Of a DNA stretch of 64,000 bases, positions 1-9,751 are shown piece by piece. Location of the stretch: assembly GCA_017614715.1 (NCBI GenBank), contig JAGABI010000011.1, positions 10,821-74,820 of the forward strand, given 5' to 3'. The position numbers and the translations under genes are program-made. This stretch comes from Bacteroidales bacterium. GTDB lineage: Bacteria; Bacteroidota; Bacteroidia; Bacteroidales; UBA932. The notes under the pieces are model-generated. The model searched no databases and was not told the DNA's origin. It was given only the letters and a program-made list of their open reading frames with translations. Within the stretch, counting starts at the first letter, position 1. Every line of letters begins with the position of its first letter.

Positions 1-2
1 AT

Positions 3-254
3 GGCCGCCTGGACACCCCTGCATCCCTTGAAATTGCACAGGACATAGAGAGCATCAAGAAAGAAGCATCGGGCACAATCGTTCTCGATTGCTCGCAACT
101 CAGTTACATCTCCAGTTCCGGACTCAGGTTGTTCCTCTCCATCAGAAAGGCTGCAGCTGAAAAAGGCGGCAAGGTGATTGTGAAGAATATAAGCAATGAG
201 ATCCGCACGGTGTTTATGATGACCGGATTCCTGAATCTTTTTGAAATCCAGTAA
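3..254 (+). CDS. STAS-domain anti-sigma-factor antagonist (SpoIIAA-like); 5' end lies outside the window
   Basis: Frame 3 is open from the window edge to TAA at 252-254. My translation ...GTIVLDCSQLSYISSSGLRLFLSIRKAAAEKGGKVIVKNISNEIRTVFMMTGFLNLFEIQ carries STAS hallmarks (L-x-YISS-x-GL, C-terminal TGF-x-x-F). It is absent from the ORF track because there is no start in the window. Confidence 0.7.
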   Translation, partial: GRLDTPASLEIAQDIESIKKEASGTIVLDCSQLSYISSSGLRLFLSIRKAAAEKGGKVIVKNISNEIRTVFMMTGFLNLFEIQ

Positions 255-257
255 ATT

Positions 258-980
258 ATGAACTGTTTCATTAAGTGTTTGGTAGCTGCCGCACTGGTTG
301 CGGCACCTGCGCTGGCCATCGCCCAGAATGAACCGGCAACTCCCCCCCAGAGGCCGGAAGGAGCCCCGGAAAGAATGGATCGTCCCGATTTTCCACGGCC
401 TGAAGAGATGACCGTAGAGCAGCGTGCCAAAATGGTCACAGACCATATGGACCGTCTCCTTACCCTCACAGAAAAGCAGTATCAGAAGATTTACAAGCTC
501 AATCTCAAGGAAATCAAAGAGATGGAGGCAGACTCGCTGTTCATGGGGCGTCGCGGAATGGGTTTCGGCCCCGGATTCGGGCCTGGCCCGGGAGGTCCCG
601 GTGCGCCCGGCAGCCGTGCACAGTTTGAACGAGACATGGCCCGTTCCGGCAGTCAGTTCAAAGAACTTTCGCAACAGCAGATGGAGGAGTTGCGCGCCGC
701 GCACGAGAAATCCCGTATCAAGAAGGATAAGAAGCTCCGCAAGATTCTCACAGAAGAGCAGTATGGCATATGGGTAAAGGCAGAACAAGAGCGCCTTGTC
801 AAGATGCAGCAAATGCGTTCCGGACGTGGCCGCAGGCACGGAGCTCCGGAAGGGTTCCGTCCCGACGGCCCTATGGGAGAAGGATTCAGGCCTGACAGCG
901 CAAACGCACCGCATCGTCACCACCATCACTTGCCAGACAGCACTGCCCTGCCCCAGCCTCCGGCACAACCTGCAGAGTAA
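258..980 (+). CDS. Secreted LTXXQ-motif (Spy/CpxP/ZraP-like) periplasmic protein with a Gly/Pro-rich linker and a His-rich C-terminus
   Basis: Signal peptide MNCFIKCLVAAALVAAPALAIAQ. Two LTxxQ motifs (LTEKQ, LTEEQ). GFGPGFGPGPGGPGAPG linker, EGFRPD twice, and HRHHHH near the C-terminus. Confidence 0.55.
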   Translation: MNCFIKCLVAAALVAAPALAIAQNEPATPPQRPEGAPERMDRPDFPRPEEMTVEQRAKMVTDHMDRLLTLTEKQYQKIYKLNLKEIKEMEADSLFMGRRGMGFGPGFGPGPGGPGAPGSRAQFERDMARSGSQFKELSQQQMEELRAAHEKSRIKKDKKLRKILTEEQYGIWVKAEQERLVKMQQMRSGRGRRHGAPEGFRPDGPMGEGFRPDSANAPHRHHHHLPDSTALPQPPAQPAE

Positions 981-991
981 GGGAGCAGAGT

Positions 992-2395
992 ATGGTAGAT
1001 AAGATAGTCTCTATAATAAACGACATTATCTGGAGCCCGGCCCTGGTAATCCTGCTTGTGGGCGCCGGCCTGTATTTCTCTTTGCGGACACGGTTCGTCC
1101 AGGTACGCAGGTTCGGCCTGATGGTGAAGTCTCTCTTCTCTCCCAAGCATAAGTCGGAGGATGGCAAGAAACAGGGCATCTCGTCTTTTGAGGCGTTCTG
1201 CGTGGCCCTGTCGGGCCGCGTAGGCACCGGCAACATAGTGGGCGTAGCCACCGCAATCGCGCTGGGCGGACCGGGGGCAATCTTCTGGATGTGGATAATA
1301 GCCTTCTTCGGGGCCTCTACCGCCTTTGTAGAATCTACCCTGGCCCAGAAATACAAATTCCATCACGCAAGCGGCTACCGTGGCGGTCCCGCCAGTTATA
1401 TAGAGAAGGGGCTCAAACTCCCCTGGCTGGGAGTCACGTTCTCCATTCTGAGCATTATCGGATACGGGCTGCTGCTCACCACAGTACAGGCAAACGGCAT
1501 GACCGGTGCGCTGAACAACTCCTTCGGCATCAATCCGATGGTATCCGGCATCGCACTGGCAGCGCTCCTTGCACTGGTGATTATCGGCGGCATAAAGAGT
1601 ATCTCAAGAGTAGCCTCGGTCATAACTCCGTTTATGGCCCTGGGCTACATTATAATGGCACTTGTTGTAATTGGCCACCATATCGATGCCGTTCCGGCAG
1701 TGCTCAAGTCCATTGTAACAAGCGCCTTCGGCATCACACCTATTGCCGGCGGCATCCTTGGTTCCACCATCATGATGGGGGTCAAGCGCGGCATCTTCTC
1801 CAACGAAGCCGGCCAGGGCGGCGGCGCAATTGTCTCTGCATCGGCCGCCGTATCACATCCGGCAAAACAAGGCCTTGCGCAGGCCTTCAGCGTTTATGTT
1901 GATACCTTGTTGATCTGCACCGCCACAGCGCTGATGATACTCTGCTCCGGTTCCTACAACATCTTTGATTCCCGCAGCGGAGAGATGCTCATTGCAAACG
2001 TCCCAGAACTGGGCAACAACTACGTAGGTTTCACCCAGGCGGCAGTGGACAGCGTCATGACCGGCTTTGGAAGTACCTTTGTGAGCATTGCGCTGGTATT
2101 CTTTGTGTTCACTACCGTGATGGCCTATTATTTCTACGGCGAATCCAGCATAATCCACATATTTTCCAGACGAGGAAACGATTCCAGGGGGGAAAAGACA
2201 GCAATATGGATTTTCCGCTTCTGCCTGCTCGCTATGGTAATCTTTGGAGCGATGCGGGAGGCCAATGTGGTCTGGCAGCTGGGCGACATAGGTGTGGGCA
2301 TAACCGCATGGATAAATGTAATTGCCCTGCTTATACTCTGCCCGGAAGCGATAACAGCCCTGAGGGAATACGAATCTTCTGTAAAGAAGAAATAA
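992..2395 (+). CDS. Alanine/glycine:cation symporter (AGCS family)
   Basis: 467-aa polytopic membrane protein. GISSFEAFCVALSGRVGTGNIVGVATAIALGGPGAIFWMW is the classic AGCS signature region. Confidence 0.9.
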   Translation: MVDKIVSIINDIIWSPALVILLVGAGLYFSLRTRFVQVRRFGLMVKSLFSPKHKSEDGKKQGISSFEAFCVALSGRVGTGNIVGVATAIALGGPGAIFWMWIIAFFGASTAFVESTLAQKYKFHHASGYRGGPASYIEKGLKLPWLGVTFSILSIIGYGLLLTTVQANGMTGALNNSFGINPMVSGIALAALLALVIIGGIKSISRVASVITPFMALGYIIMALVVIGHHIDAVPAVLKSIVTSAFGITPIAGGILGSTIMMGVKRGIFSNEAGQGGGAIVSASAAVSHPAKQGLAQAFSVYVDTLLICTATALMILCSGSYNIFDSRSGEMLIANVPELGNNYVGFTQAAVDSVMTGFGSTFVSIALVFFVFTTVMAYYFYGESSIIHIFSRRGNDSRGEKTAIWIFRFCLLAMVIFGAMREANVVWQLGDIGVGITAWINVIALLILCPEAITALREYESSVKKK

Positions 2396-2400
2396 CCTGT

Positions 2401-3432
2401 ATGAGACGACTTTTCACCAGCCTGCTGATGCTGGCCCTTGCACTTACTGCATGGGCTCAGCATAAATGTGCCAACCGCTGCACAATGCCCGGTTTCCTGC
2501 AGCCGGGAGACAAGATTGCCCTGATATCCCCCTCATATCACACCGATATAACCAATATCGACACAGCCGCCATTGTGCTGAGACAATGGGGATACGAGCC
2601 TGTAGTTGGCTCATTCGTAGACAGCCTATACCGGGGCAACTATGCCGGCGATGCTTCGCAGCGGCTCAGCGATCTCAGGTGGGCACTGGACGACCCTGAT
2701 GTAAAGGCAATTATCTGCAACCGCGGAGGCTATGGCACCATCCATCTGGTAGATATGATAGAGCCGGGAGAATTTGCCGCACACCCAAAATGGCTGGTCG
2801 GTTTCAGCGACATCACCACCCTGCTGGCTATGGAGACATGCGACGGAGTCATGGGGATTCACGGCACAATCGGGGCTTACATTGCAAAGTATCACGGCCG
2901 CGACACAAACAGCATTCTCCTGCGGGATCTGCTTGAAGGGAAGATTCCTGAATACCGGCTCCCCACCCACCCCCAGAATATTAAAGGCAAGGGGACCGGA
3001 ATACTTGTGGGTGGCAACCTGTGCACTATCGCCCCCCTGATAGGGACCTCCGCCGACCCCACCCGGGGTGGAGACTTCATACTTTTCCTGGAAGAGGTTG
3101 AAGAGAGCTACCACAACATTGACCGGCTGTTCAACATGCTGACACTTACAGGTGTCATTGACCGTTGCAAGGGGATCATCCTTGGCGAATTCACCGACTG
3201 TGTAGCCGACCTCGAATGGGAGAGCCCGGAGGAGATGATATGTTCTTATCTCAAAGGGCGGAACATACCGGTCATGTGCGGATTCCCTGCCGGGCACGGC
3301 GATATAAATCTACCTCTGATAATGGGGGCCCAAACAACCTTAAAAGTAAAGGATAACGAATCTTCGCTATCCTTCTGTATTTGCGGCGATAAAAGCAGGA
3401 TAGATACCGCCGGAATAACCGTTCAAGAGTAA
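2401..3432 (+). CDS. LD-carboxypeptidase (peptidase S66, LdcA-like) with a signal peptide
   Basis: I chose the internal ATG at 2401 (MRRLFTSLLMLALALTAWAQ signal peptide) rather than ORF start 2206, which overlaps the symporter gene. Motifs AIICNRGGYG, LVGFSDITTL and GFPAGHG fit the S66 Ser-His-Glu family. Confidence 0.8.
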   Translation: MRRLFTSLLMLALALTAWAQHKCANRCTMPGFLQPGDKIALISPSYHTDITNIDTAAIVLRQWGYEPVVGSFVDSLYRGNYAGDASQRLSDLRWALDDPDVKAIICNRGGYGTIHLVDMIEPGEFAAHPKWLVGFSDITTLLAMETCDGVMGIHGTIGAYIAKYHGRDTNSILLRDLLEGKIPEYRLPTHPQNIKGKGTGILVGGNLCTIAPLIGTSADPTRGGDFILFLEEVEESYHNIDRLFNMLTLTGVIDRCKGIILGEFTDCVADLEWESPEEMICSYLKGRNIPVMCGFPAGHGDINLPLIMGAQTTLKVKDNESSLSFCICGDKSRIDTAGITVQE

Positions 3433-4308
3433 TTACTGGTACTTGGCAAGCGTATCCAGACTGGCCTCTACCATTTTCCGTACAAAGGGGGTGTAGTCTG
3501 TATTGCTCTCGCCTGCATAGCGGTTGGCTATCGCACAGCACACGGTTATGGCGTCGTGGCCAAGCTGGGCTGACATACCGGCAAGTGCGCTGCTCTCCAT
3601 CTCAAAATTAGTGATACGGCGGCCGTCGTATCTCCATTTTTCAAGTTTCTCCAACATATCGGGCATAGCCAGGTTGAGGCGCAGGACGCGTCCCTGAGGG
3701 CCGTAGAAACCGGGGGCTGAAATTGTCATACCTTTCACTGTCCAATCTGAGAACTGATCAATCAATCTTTGGGATGCCTTCACAAAATACGGGCGCGGAA
3801 GGCCGGCTGCATCCCAATCCATAAACCGGAGGAAGTCATCCTCATAATCATTAAGATTGATCTTGTCCAGGTTTGCATACCAGCGCATCAGGCAGTCAAA
3901 TCCGATGCTCACATGAGACAATATAGCACTTCCGAGGGGGATATCGGGCTGGATTGCACCGCAAGTGCCCATACGGACCAGAGTGAGACGGCGGTGGTCG
4001 GGCTTGATCTCGCGGGTGTCAAAGTCAATGTTTGCCAAAGCGTCCAGCTCCGTCATCACGATATCGATATTGTCAGGGCCTATACCGTGAGAAAGGCATG
4101 TCATTCTCTTGCCCTTGTATATACCTGTGGCAAAGCGGAATTCGCGGCTCTGACCCTCCGCCTCGATGGTATCGAAATATGAGGAAACCATCCCTACACG
4201 GCCTGGATCACCCACAAGCAGTACGTCGTCGGCAAGCTGGTCCGGCTTGATATGGAGATGGAACGCAGACCCGTCTGCGTTTATTATAAGTTCCGATTTT
4301 GCTATCAT
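3433..4308 (-). CDS. Nucleoside phosphorylase (PNP/UDP family 1; uridine/purine nucleoside phosphorylase-like)
   Basis: 291 aa. The GDPGRV...VRMGTCG...FEMESSAL pattern is typical of the PNP_UDP_1 fold. Confidence 0.7.
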   Translation of the reverse strand: MIAKSELIINADGSAFHLHIKPDQLADDVLLVGDPGRVGMVSSYFDTIEAEGQSREFRFATGIYKGKRMTCLSHGIGPDNIDIVMTELDALANIDFDTREIKPDHRRLTLVRMGTCGAIQPDIPLGSAILSHVSIGFDCLMRWYANLDKINLNDYEDDFLRFMDWDAAGLPRPYFVKASQRLIDQFSDWTVKGMTISAPGFYGPQGRVLRLNLAMPDMLEKLEKWRYDGRRITNFEMESSALAGMSAQLGHDAITVCCAIANRYAGESNTDYTPFVRKMVEASLDTLAKYQ

Positions 4309-4317
4309 AGGCTGGCT

Positions 4318-5814
4318 TTAAATCAGTTTTGAGATGGCGTTCACATAAGCCTCCACTGTGGCGGTGATGATATCCTTGTCGGCCGCAAAACCGTAATATA
4401 TCTGCCCTTTATTCTCTACCTGAATGTGAACCTTGCCGATATCGTTAGTACCCCTGTTAATGGACTGGATGAGCATCTCCTCAAGGTTGATACGCCTGTG
4501 TACCAGTGTCTTGACAGCTGCGAAAGCCGCATCGATGGGCCCTATTCCGCCACAGGTGGCAGTGCAGCTCTCGCCGTCTATATCAAGGGTTACAGTAGCC
4601 ATGGGGATTGAGTTCTTGCCGCATACAACCTGCAGATATGTGAGGCGTATCTTTTGTGTAACGTTGCCCTCGGTTACACCGGCTATCTCATACAAATCGG
4701 CATCGTCAATATCCTTCTTGCTGTCGGCCACACGGAGGAACTTTTCATAAGCTATGGAGAGTTCCTGGGCAGAGAGGTTCAGGCCAAGGCGGTGGAAGTG
4801 ATGGTTAAGGGCAGCACGGCCACTGCGGGCCGTGAGGGCGATTATAGAATCGTTCAACCCGATGTCGGTAGGGTCGATAATCTCGTAGCTCTCACGGTTC
4901 TTGAGCACTCCGTCCTGATGGATTCCGGAGGAGTGGGCAAACGCGTTGCGCCCTACAATGGCTTTGTTGGGCTGTACCGGCATCCTCATCATAGACGATA
5001 CCTGGTGAGAAACCTTTGTTATCTGCTTGATCTTGATATCTGTGTCAACGGGGAACTCCCGGCGGCTCTTTATGGCCATTACCACCTCCTCAAGGGCGGT
5101 GTTGCCGGCACGCTCTCCAATACCGTTGATGGTCACCTCCGCCTGCCGCGCACCCGCCATCACGCCAGCCAGGGTATTGGCGGTGGCCATGCCCAGGTCG
5201 TTATGGCAATGGGTGGAGATAATCGCCTTATCGATATTGGGGACATTATTCATAAGGTAGGCGATCTTTGCGCCGAACTCCTCCGGGAAACAGTAGCCGG
5301 TGGTGTCGGGGATATTCACCACTGTTGCGCCTGCGGCAATCACAGCCTCCACAACACTGGCCAGATACTCGTTCTCTGTGCGTCCGGCGTCCTCTGCATA
5401 GAACTCCACGTCATCCACCTTGTTTCGCGCATACTTGACGGCAGAAACAGCACGGGTGATTATCTCCTCGCGGTTGGAGTTGAACTTATACTTGATATGA
5501 TAATCGGATGTACCTATTCCGGTGTGAATTCTTTTGAGCCGTGCAAAATGGAGGGCATCTGCCGCAGCATCAATATCTTTTTCTACCGCGCGGGAGAGGG
5601 CGCAGATGCGGGATTCAGTTATTATCTTGGAAATCTCAACTACCGATTTGAAATCACCGGGGCTGGATATAGGGAATCCGCATTCAATTATATCAACTCC
5701 CAGAGTCTCAAGCAGTTTTGCGAGTTCTATCTTCTCTATAGTGTTCAACTGGCAGCCGGGAACCTGCTCGCCGTCGCGAAGTGTAGTGTCAAAAATGTAG
5801 AGTTTATCTTTCAT
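4318..5814 (-). CDS. leuA: 2-isopropylmalate synthase family enzyme (LeuA or citramalate synthase CimA)
   Basis: 498 aa. N-terminal [11 protein letters not shown] and [16 protein letters not shown] (HMGL-like TIM barrel), plus a C-terminal LeuA-dimer-like regulatory region. Confidence 0.85.
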   Translation of the reverse strand: MKDKLYIFDTTLRDGEQVPGCQLNTIEKIELAKLLETLGVDIIECGFPISSPGDFKSVVEISKIITESRICALSRAVEKDIDAAADALHFARLKRIHTGIGTSDYHIKYKFNSNREEIITRAVSAVKYARNKVDDVEFYAEDAGRTENEYLASVVEAVIAAGATVVNIPDTTGYCFPEEFGAKIAYLMNNVPNIDKAIISTHCHNDLGMATANTLAGVMAGARQAEVTINGIGERAGNTALEEVVMAIKSRREFPVDTDIKIKQITKVSHQVSSMMRMPVQPNKAIVGRNAFAHSSGIHQDGVLKNRESYEIIDPTDIGLNDSIIALTARSGRAALNHHFHRLGLNLSAQELSIAYEKFLRVADSKKDIDDADLYEIAGVTEGNVTQKIRLTYLQVVCGKNSIPMATVTLDIDGESCTATCGGIGPIDAAFAAVKTLVHRRINLEEMLIQSINRGTNDIGKVHIQVENKGQIYYGFAADKDIITATVEAYVNAISKLI

Positions 5815-5884
5815 AATGTCTGCTTATCTCACGTTTCCAACCACAAAATTGAGATAATTTTGGTTAATAATAACAAAAAAAAGA

Positions 5885-5892
5885 TACTTTTG
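5885..5892 (+). promoter_or_regulatory. Bacteroidetes -7 promoter box (TACTTTTG) for the ilvD operon
   Basis: Matches TAnnTTTG and lies 28 nt upstream of the ilvD ATG, in an AT-rich divergent intergenic region. Confidence 0.4.
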
Positions 5893-5920
5893 CAATTCAA
5901 ATTAACATAACCAGGCGTTT

Positions 5921-7720
5921 ATGGCAACACTTCGCAGCAGTAAAACATTCCTGGGCCGGGAGATGGCGGGCGCACGCGCCCTTTGGAAGGCCAACGGAAT
6001 GAAAAGCAGACAGGTCGGCAAGCCGATTATTGCAATCGTTAACTCCTTCACCCAATTTGTCCCCGGGCACGTCCATCTGCACGAAGTCGGCCAGCTGATC
6101 AAGAAGGAGATTGAGCGTCAGGGCTGTTTCGCTGCAGAATTCAATACAATAGCTATTGACGACGGCATCGCAATGGGTCATGGCGGGATGCTCTACAGCC
6201 TCCCTTCCCGCGAGATAATTGCAGACAGCGTGGAGTATATGTGCAACGCGCACTGCGCCGACGCCATGATTTGCATCTCCAACTGCGACAAGATTACCCC
6301 GGGCATGCTTATGGCTGCCATGAGGCTCAATATTCCCGCCGTATTTGTATCTGGCGGCCCCATGGAGGCCGGCAACGTGAAAGGCAAGGACTGCGACCTG
6401 ATTGACGTAATGGTAGCAGGCGGCGACAAGGGGGTTAGCAAGTGGACCCTCAACAAATACGAAGACCGCGGCTGCCCCACATGCGGCTGCTGCTCCGGCA
6501 TGTTCACCGCCAACAGCATGAACTGCCTCAGCGAGGCGCTTGGCATGGCCCCCGTGGGCAACGGCACCATCCTCGCCACCCACGTCAACCGCCGCAAACT
6601 CTTCATTGAGGGTGCAAAGTTGATTGTGAAACTGGCAAACGAATACTATTTCAAGAATAACGACAATGTTCTCCCCCGCTCCATCGCAACCAAGGCAGCT
6701 TTTGAGAACGCAATGAAGCTGGATATAGCAATGGGCGGCAGCACCAACACCGTGCTTCACCTGCTCGCAATAGCACATGAGGCCGGCGTGGACTTCACAA
6801 TGGCAGACGTTGACCGCCTCTCCCGCGAGATTCCCGTAATCTGCAAGGTGGCTCCCAACGGACACTATCATGTTCAGGACGTAAACCGCGCCGGTGGCGT
6901 GATGGGCATCCTGATGGAGTTGGAGAAGAAGGGGCTGCTGGATTCCAGCACCCTCCGCGTGGACTATCCCACCCTGCGGGAGGCGATGTACGCAAATACC
7001 GTATTCTCCGCAAAGAGCGATTCCATATATTATTCGGCTCCGGGCGGCAAGCGTACCACACAGATGGGGAAAAACAAGCGAATGTACAAAGAGCTTGACA
7101 CCGACCGCAGCGAAGGCTGCATCCGCGATGTGGAGCACGCCTATTTGAAAGACGGCGGAATCGCCGTGCTGCGCGGCAACATAGCTCCCGACGGATGCAT
7201 TGTAAAGACTGCCGGGGTTCCGGAAGAGATTCTCCGCTTCAGCGGCCGGGCAATAGTGTTCGAGAGTCAGGAAGATGCTGTAGAGGGCATACTTGGAGAC
7301 AAGGTTAAGGCAGGCGACGTTGTGGTTATCCGCTACGAAGGCCCCAAGGGAGGCCCCGGAATGCAGGAGATGCTCTACCCCACCTCTTTCCTCAAGAGCA
7401 AGCACCTGGGCCAGAAATGCGCCCTTATCACCGACGGACGCTTCTCCGGCGGCACCAGCGGCCTTTCAATAGGCCACATCTCGCCTGAAGCGGCCAACCA
7501 GGGCCCTATCGCCCTCATCAAGGACGGTGACATAATCAATATCGACGTTCCGGGACGCACCATAAACGTAGATATCACCCAGGAGGAGATGGATGCGCGC
7601 CGGGCCGCAATCAAAGAATACGCCCCCGTCAACCGCAACCGCGTGGTTAGCAAGGCATTGCAAGCATACGCAGCGCTGGCCGACAGCGCCGACAAGGGCG
7701 GTGTAAGAATAATCAGGTAA
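5921..7720 (+). CDS. ilvD: Dihydroxy-acid dehydratase
   Basis: 599 aa. [30 protein letters not shown] and TDGRFSGGT motifs. Confidence 0.95.
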   Translation: MATLRSSKTFLGREMAGARALWKANGMKSRQVGKPIIAIVNSFTQFVPGHVHLHEVGQLIKKEIERQGCFAAEFNTIAIDDGIAMGHGGMLYSLPSREIIADSVEYMCNAHCADAMICISNCDKITPGMLMAAMRLNIPAVFVSGGPMEAGNVKGKDCDLIDVMVAGGDKGVSKWTLNKYEDRGCPTCGCCSGMFTANSMNCLSEALGMAPVGNGTILATHVNRRKLFIEGAKLIVKLANEYYFKNNDNVLPRSIATKAAFENAMKLDIAMGGSTNTVLHLLAIAHEAGVDFTMADVDRLSREIPVICKVAPNGHYHVQDVNRAGGVMGILMELEKKGLLDSSTLRVDYPTLREAMYANTVFSAKSDSIYYSAPGGKRTTQMGKNKRMYKELDTDRSEGCIRDVEHAYLKDGGIAVLRGNIAPDGCIVKTAGVPEEILRFSGRAIVFESQEDAVEGILGDKVKAGDVVVIRYEGPKGGPGMQEMLYPTSFLKSKHLGQKCALITDGRFSGGTSGLSIGHISPEAANQGPIALIKDGDIINIDVPGRTINVDITQEEMDARRAAIKEYAPVNRNRVVSKALQAYAALADSADKGGVRIIR

Positions 7721-7723
7721 ATC

Positions 7724-9466
7724 ATGCAGAAACCAAAACATATATCGGGCGCAGATGCCCTCATAGAAACGATACTCGCCGAGGGTATTGAAACCGTATT
7801 CGGCTATCCCGGGGGTTCGATTATCCCTATATACGACCGTCTCTACGATTATCGCGACCGGCTAAACCATATCCTGGTCCGTCATGAGCAGGGTGCCGTT
7901 CATGCAGCAGAAGGATATGCCCGTGCATCGGGAAAGGTAGGTGTATGCATGGCCACCAGCGGCCCCGGCGCCACCAATTTTGTGACCGGCATCGCAGACG
8001 CCATGATGGATTCCACGCCCATAGTATGCATTACTGCACAAGTTGATGCCAACAAACTGGGCACCAACTTTTTCCAGGAAGCCGACATGTTGGGCATTAC
8101 CACCCCCATCACCAAGTGGAACTATCAGATTACAAAGGCATCTGAGATTGCTGAGATTGTACCTCAGGCATTTCACATCGCCCGCAGCGACCGCCCCGGT
8201 CCGGTGCTCATCAGCCTTACCAAGAATGCACAGGTCGAGATGTGCGACTATGTATATGACAAAGAGTATGCACTCAGCAAGATGGTCCATGTGGTCCGCT
8301 CCGACGAGACGGAGAAGGTATCCCGCCGCATAGACGAGGCCATTGAACTGCTGAACAATGCAGAAAAGCCGCTGATCATCGCCGGCCAGGGTGTCATAAT
8401 CTCCGGGGCGGAAAACATACTTGCCCAATGCGCCAACAAGGCCTGCATTCCGGTGGCATGCACCCTGCTTGGCCGCAGCGCAATGAACTTCCACGACCAT
8501 TACTATATCGGCATGGTGGGCATGCACGGCAACATCCCCGCCAACAACATGACCCAGGAGGCCGATGTGATCCTGGCGGTTGGCATGCGGTTCTCCGACC
8601 GCGTGACCGGCCGTGTAGCCAATTACGCCCCCAAGGCAAAGATTATCCACGTAGATATAGACAAGACAGAATTCAATAAGAATGTCCCCGTTGACGTGAA
8701 GATCCACGGCGATGCCAAACAGGTTCTGGAACGCATCTACAATGGACTCGTTTTCAAAGACCGCGAGGCTTGGCGCAAATATGGATATGACCGTTATGCC
8801 TTTGAGACAGAAAAGGTTATCGCCCCAAAACTGAGCAGCCCCTCGCTGAACATGGCCCAGGTGGTCAATGCAATCAACGACCATTACATAGAGCGGATCA
8901 GCAAGCGCAAGCAGACAGAATTCGGAGAGAATGTCGTTCTCGTTACCGATGTCGGCCAGAACCAGATGTTTGCCGCACGCTACCTGAAACTCACCCGCAA
9001 GTCCGGCTGGATTACCTCCGGTGGCCTTGGCACCATGGGCTTCGGTCTCCCCGCCGCCATAGGCGCCAAGTGTGGCAAGCCAGAGGCACAGGTGGTGCTT
9101 ATCTGCGGTGACGGCGGCATCCAGATGAATATGCAGGAGTTCGGCACCATCCTTCAGTCGGGCATCGACATCAAGATTGTCCTGCTCAACAACTCTTTCC
9201 TGGGGATGGTACGCCAGTGGCAGGACCTGTTCTACGACAAACGCTTCTCTCAGACCCATCTGGTAAATCCCGACTTTGAACTGATCTGCAAGGCATACAA
9301 GATAAAATATCGCTGCTGCAACTCTCCCGCCGATATAGAAGATGCCGTAGAAGAGATGGCTGCTTCAAAAGGCCCGTTCCTTCTCGACGCCTTTGTGGAT
9401 GCCGAATCCAATGTATTCCCCATGATTCCCGGCGGCAAGTCGCTGGACGATATCCGCATCAATTAA
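7724..9466 (+). CDS. ilvB: Acetolactate synthase large (catalytic) subunit
   Basis: 580 aa ThDP enzyme. GYPGGSIIPIYD, HEQGAVHAAEGYARASGKVGVC and GGLGTMGFGLPAAIGA...GDGG motifs. Starts 3 nt after ilvD. Confidence 0.9.
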   Translation: MQKPKHISGADALIETILAEGIETVFGYPGGSIIPIYDRLYDYRDRLNHILVRHEQGAVHAAEGYARASGKVGVCMATSGPGATNFVTGIADAMMDSTPIVCITAQVDANKLGTNFFQEADMLGITTPITKWNYQITKASEIAEIVPQAFHIARSDRPGPVLISLTKNAQVEMCDYVYDKEYALSKMVHVVRSDETEKVSRRIDEAIELLNNAEKPLIIAGQGVIISGAENILAQCANKACIPVACTLLGRSAMNFHDHYYIGMVGMHGNIPANNMTQEADVILAVGMRFSDRVTGRVANYAPKAKIIHVDIDKTEFNKNVPVDVKIHGDAKQVLERIYNGLVFKDREAWRKYGYDRYAFETEKVIAPKLSSPSLNMAQVVNAINDHYIERISKRKQTEFGENVVLVTDVGQNQMFAARYLKLTRKSGWITSGGLGTMGFGLPAAIGAKCGKPEAQVVLICGDGGIQMNMQEFGTILQSGIDIKIVLLNNSFLGMVRQWQDLFYDKRFSQTHLVNPDFELICKAYKIKYRCCNSPADIEDAVEEMAASKGPFLLDAFVDAESNVFPMIPGGKSLDDIRIN

Positions 9467-9475
9467 AGCTACGCA

Positions 9476-9745
9476 ATGGAACAGAAAATGGATAAATATG
9501 TGGTTGACGCGATGGTACGCAACCGTCTCGACATCCTGAACCGCATCACCTCCCTCTTCATCGTGAAGAATCTCCCGGTGCTGAGCGTAGTCTTCACGGC
9601 TACTGAAAACAACATGGCGGTCATCAACCTGATATGCCTGTGCCCGTCTGAGGACATAATGAAACGGATAATGAATCAGGCCAACAACTTTGTTGACCTC
9701 TCGGAAATCTACTATACAAAGACTTACAAAACGATTAAAAAATAA
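9476..9745 (+). CDS. ilvN: Acetolactate synthase small subunit, short ACT-only form
   Basis: 89-aa ORF 9 nt after ilvB. The pattern (MVRNRLDILNRITSLF...VVFTATENNMAVINLIC) resembles the N-terminal ACT domain of IlvN/IlvH. The assignment relies partly on position. Confidence 0.6.
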   Translation: MEQKMDKYVVDAMVRNRLDILNRITSLFIVKNLPVLSVVFTATENNMAVINLICLCPSEDIMKRIMNQANNFVDLSEIYYTKTYKTIKK

Positions 9746-9751
9746 TTTATC

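Noticed and set aside
2206-2400. N-terminal extensions of track ORFs: 2206-2400, 14120-14158, 28677-28742, 32054-32110, 34725-34769, 46635-46757 and 49408-49440
   Set aside because: In each case an internal Met is followed by a canonical signal peptide, lipobox or family-typical N-terminus. The extension either overlaps an upstream gene or contains the predicted promoter box.
4654-7405. Long ORFs 4654-5910 (+, 418 aa) and 5897-7405 (-, 502 aa), antisense to leuA and ilvD
   Set aside because: They lie entirely opposite genes with unmistakable family motifs. Their translations are Gly/Ala/Val/His-rich with no motifs. These are typical shadow ORFs in GC-rich coding DNA.
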